Shown here: one piece after another, positions 60,072 to 64,000 of the stretch
Position numbering within the stretch: position 1 is the stretch's first letter
Layout of the letters: every line of letters starts with the position of its first letter
Assembly: GCF_021028975.2 (NCBI RefSeq)
Contig: NC_059431.1
Coordinates: 41,540,001 to 41,604,000, forward strand
DNA length: 64,000 bases
Reading direction: 5' to 3'
DNA from: Sphaerodactylus townsendi
Taxonomy: Eukaryota
Translations under genes and position numbers: made by a program
Notes under the pieces: generated by a model
What the model saw: only the letters and a program-made list of their open reading frames with translations
Database searches by the model: none
What the model was told of the DNA's origin: nothing

Positions 60072-62454
60072 TCTTCCTTCCTTCCTTTTTCTTTTCTTTT
60101 TCTTTCTTTTTGCAGTGAATCAGTACTGGGAATGGGGGAAAAAGATAAAGAGCTAGGAATAACCCAAAGGAACAGAATACTGAAGTAATCTGCGCAAACA
60201 TAGTATTCATGATAAAAAAATGGAACAATGGATCCTTAGTACATCAATTCCACTTCAAAAACTAGATACGATAATTAGGAACTTTTAAAAAATGGGTGAA
60301 ATTTTGATGAGGAGAATTTTGGAAAAATCCCCACTTTATATAGAAAGTAACATACCTTTTTTACATAGACTTTTTGTACATTGCATATGTCAATCAAGTT
60401 TCATTGTAGGCTTGTTTTAGACACTGATACTGGAAAGACTCATTTTTACTGAAGTCTTTACTGAAAAAGACTCATTTTACTGAACTCCTGATTTGCTTCA
60501 ATAGCCTATCTCACAGTGATCCAAAGGAAGGGGGCTAGTTGTCTTCTATTCTGTGTAATGTTGTTATAGTTGTTTCTGTCATTAAGTGATTTGGATATCA
60601 CTCCTTTCTTAGGGGAAGACTCTAAATTCTTGGCCGTTCTTAATAGTCTTGTTATAACCCTCTCTTTGCGATTTTTGTTCTATAATTTTAGACTATCAAT
60701 TGGAATAGGAAGCCTAAGAATTCCACAGTGTTTTCACCAAATTGCTGACATGGAGAAGGCTTTTTTTAATCTGTAAAAATATCAGGACCTCCTTTGCTAA
60801 GCCTTTTCAGGGATCATTTATGTTTTGCTTTTTTGCATATAGCACAACTACTGCTGAACCATTATCATGACCTTAAGTAGATGAAAGCAATAAAGTTGCA
60901 GTCAGAATATATTTCACTTTGAATCCATAGGGGCAAGAAAACAAATTCATGTAAAAATGAGCAAGTGTGATCTCCACTTATCTATGATTTTGGGTACATT
61001 TGGGTACATTTGAAATATGATGCAGGGTTAATAGGGTTATACCCAGATAGGGTTGCCAGCTGATGGGTGCAAAATATTAAAGATCTGGGATATGTGTGTA
61101 TGTAGAGGGAGAATCCACACCAATGGCATGATATCATTTAAGGGGTGAATCCATAAATTATTTATTTATTTACTTATTGTGTATTTATTTCCTGTCCATC
61201 CTAAAAGACTCTGGGTAGGGTACATTCCTAAAACACCATAAAAATACAATTCTGAAACCATCATAAAAACTCCTTTAAAAACCCTAACTTTAACCCACCC
61301 TCTTAAAAAAAAAGTCACGACTGTAGGATTCAGTAAAAAAAATATGGTATTACCATAAAGTTTCCATTGAATCCTACTGCGGCGTGATGCTGCTTCCAGG
61401 TTGGCGCAGGAAATGTCACACCATCGACACAATGGTATTTTTTGCTTCCCCCCCATCACCATATCAAATGGTGGAGGGGGTCATGGAACTACCAGTGAGA
61501 GGTCTCCCACTAATGCTGGAGACATGGCAATCCATGGCAAACCAACTGTTTAGTGAAGTCTGGTCAATGGGAAAGGAGGATGAGAAATCTGTTGAAGGTA
61601 TACTTGTCATTTTACAGCAGGTTTATGCTGCTAAAAACTGTCAACAAAGTGAGCCTTCCTAGGAAAAATGGTGATGGTGAGCATCTCTCAGCACAGGTGT
61701 GTGTGTGTTGGCAAAGGAAATTGTGACATGATTGTTTGGTACACTGGGGTTAGCCTATGCAGGTTTGCCCATGTGCCCGAAGGCCCTTTTGAGAACCCTG
61801 AGTAAATAGTTGGGAGTAATTGTAAAGTTCACCTGTTCACCAATAATCCATTATGTGAGGGGTAGCAAAACAAACGTGAATAAAATTTTGGAATACAAAT
61901 TTGGCACTTGCCTCAAAGAGTTTGGGAGATACATAATTAGCAGCTTCTAGGAACTTCAGTTGCTGTATAGATGAACTTACAGTAAGGCTGTTTGCATTCT
62001 GTAACTAGAGGAATTAAAAGTGTGTTCTTTCATTCCTTCCTTCCTGTGTTGGGAGGCAGTGAGCTTTCTTCTTGCTTAGTAGTGATGAGGTACACATTTA
62101 TATAAAACTCCGGTCTGTGATAAGCAATTAAAATATTGTTCCAACATGGCTGAAGGTCAAAAGCACAATGAGCCAAATAATTCTTAGTAGGGATTGTTGA
62201 CTTTTTAGTAATCAGACACATATACCATGTAGCAGCTTTTTTAGTAAAGGAAGAGAACCTATTCCTCTGAAGTTGATACACATGCTTATTTATGAAAACA
62301 TGTTGATCATGTTTTGCTACAGGAGAAAGCTGATGGAAGACAGAATACTGATGTACAAAGAATAAGCTAATAAATTAATATTGATAATTTAAAGACTCTG
62401 TATTTTAAATAAAAATGTGTAAAAATGTTTTTTGTCCTCCCTTTCTTTACACCA

Positions 62455-62630
62455 AGCCAGTGTGATATAGTGGTTAGAATGTCAGAATATGACTGAAAAG
62501 CTGAATTAAATTCCCCACAATCTAACCTTTTTCACAAGGTTGTTTTAAGGAGAAACTGGAGGAGAGCAGAACACTGTAAGTCACAGAACAGTGTAAACCT
62601 ATTGGAGAGAAAGGTGGATGTAAATACATA
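62455..62630 (+). mobile_element. Old tRNA-derived SINE
   Basis: GTGATATAGTGGTTAGAATGTCAG, CACAAGGTTGTT, A-rich end. Confidence 0.5.
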
Positions 62631-62840
62631 CATAGAAAAGCTCCATGGGTGACCTTAAACTACTCACACTCTCTCAAGTCTAATCTACAAATTTGTTTTT
62701 GTAAAGATAATACAGAAAGGGGGAGAACAATGTGCCACCTTCCAGAGCTCCTGAAAGAAAGTGTAGAATAATTATCTAATCAATAAGATGGAACTGCTAA
62801 TTTTTGTTTTAAATCAAAGATTCCTCCATGAAATCTCAAT

Positions 62841-63712
62841 GGCCCTTTCTGCACTGTGGAAATACAATTTCCTGCAGATGTTTTGAAAAGGTCTGTTTTG
62901 ACTTTTTGTGTTCATTCTGCATGGAGAACACACGCATTGATAGCCAAAACAATTCTTCCCCCACCCATGCTGGCCAACAGAGATCTTGTCAGTTTAATAG
63001 TTGCACCTGCCATTTTGTGTTCTGCTGTGGAGATTCTCCTGCCTCCGTCATCTGGTGAAGGTTCCTCATGGAGGTTTCCTCTGCTTGCAGCTCATCCACA
63101 TGCAATTTCACTGTAAAAAGTACATGAATGCAGTTTGTTTTCCCTAGCAATCCAATGCATGTGTCGTTTTGTTCTTTTTTTTTTGTTTTCGGGGGGATGT
63201 CTGTGAAGCTAGATGTCACAAATATGTTCAGTTGCAGATTCTCATGTTGCATCGTCATAGCTTTTCAGAAAACAAACAAAAAGGAAAAACAACACGTGTA
63301 TGGGATTGCCATGGAAAACAAACTTTATTCATGTACTTTTTACAGTGAAATTGTGCATTGATGAGCTGCAAGCAGAGGGAAACCTTCACAAAATGGAGGC
63401 AGGGATGGAGACTCCCTGCAGCAGCACACAAAATGTCAGGTGCAAGCAGTGAAAATGTAAATAAAAGAGCTGGGGAGAGGGACAAATAAAACGTCTCCTG
63501 TCTGCTTTTGTTTGCAAAGCAAGCAAAGAGACATCTCAAACCCATCTTTAAGGGAAAAAGAAGACTGCTAGTTTAGTGATTTTCAGAAACCCAAGTTGAG
63601 AAAAATTTAAAAAAAAACATGAAAATGTTTTGGGGGAGAGAGCAGTGAGAACTTCACCTCCAAAATGCTTTTTATAACATCCTCAAGATGTTATAATTGT
63701 GCTGTGCAGAAA
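62841..63712. mobile_element. Old large fold-back (Harbinger-like) element
   Basis: Left GGCCCTTTCTGCAC, right GTGCAGAAAAAA. Internal arms about 63000-63190 and 63265-63447 are reverse complements. Related fragment at about 47850-48010. Confidence 0.7.
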
Positions 63713-64000
63713 AAAAACACTGTTAAATGCAAATTAGATACTTTTAATATTGGTTACTTCTTGGGAAAAGTCAGTCTAGGGTGGTTACTTAAATTTGCTG
63801 GAAAGATGGGTGAGAAAAATCCCTGGTTTAATCCTCTTCCCATTTACCAGTATGCAACCCCACTCTGAGATTGTGTTGGCCACATTGCTATGGGTTAGGC
63901 ACACCATCAGGCTACCAGACTCCTGATCTGATCTCCTCACACAAAACATTAGTCCTGTTTTCATTTGTGAAATGCTGAAAGGTGTGTGAATGATTGAGAA

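Overview
Repeat-rich vertebrate genomic DNA. The repeat content (Sauria-type SINEs with ACCTTT tails, a 5S-derived SINE, CR1/L2/L1 LINEs, Penelope elements, many palindromic MITEs) points to a squamate reptile, probably a gecko; this is inference. I could not identify any intact host gene. Every recognisable ORF in the track is a decayed retroelement protein (L1 RT, CR1 RT, L2 ORF2 C-terminus, Penelope GIY-YIG), and the rest are largely spurious. Well-bounded insertions with target-site duplications (TSDs) include hAT elements (8-bp TSD), Tc2/pogo-like MITEs (TA), PIF/Harbinger-like MITEs (3-bp) and a solo LTR (4-bp). Several are nested, and there is a 297-N assembly gap. Main points of interest: (i) one nested-palindrome cargo module sits inside two unrelated DNA-transposon shells; (ii) several hAT-like shells with related termini carry different tandem-repeat cargo; (iii) a TSD-less LTR-like insert lies in an L1; (iv) Penelope termini carry hammerhead ribozyme motifs; (v) there are unidentified candidate host exons (a minus-strand start exon at 45456-45543, a minus-strand exon/microexon/terminal-exon chain at 58.4-59.8 kb, and a possibly decayed plus-strand chain). 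Family names come from my reading of termini and motifs, not from database searches. Boundaries of old elements are approximate.
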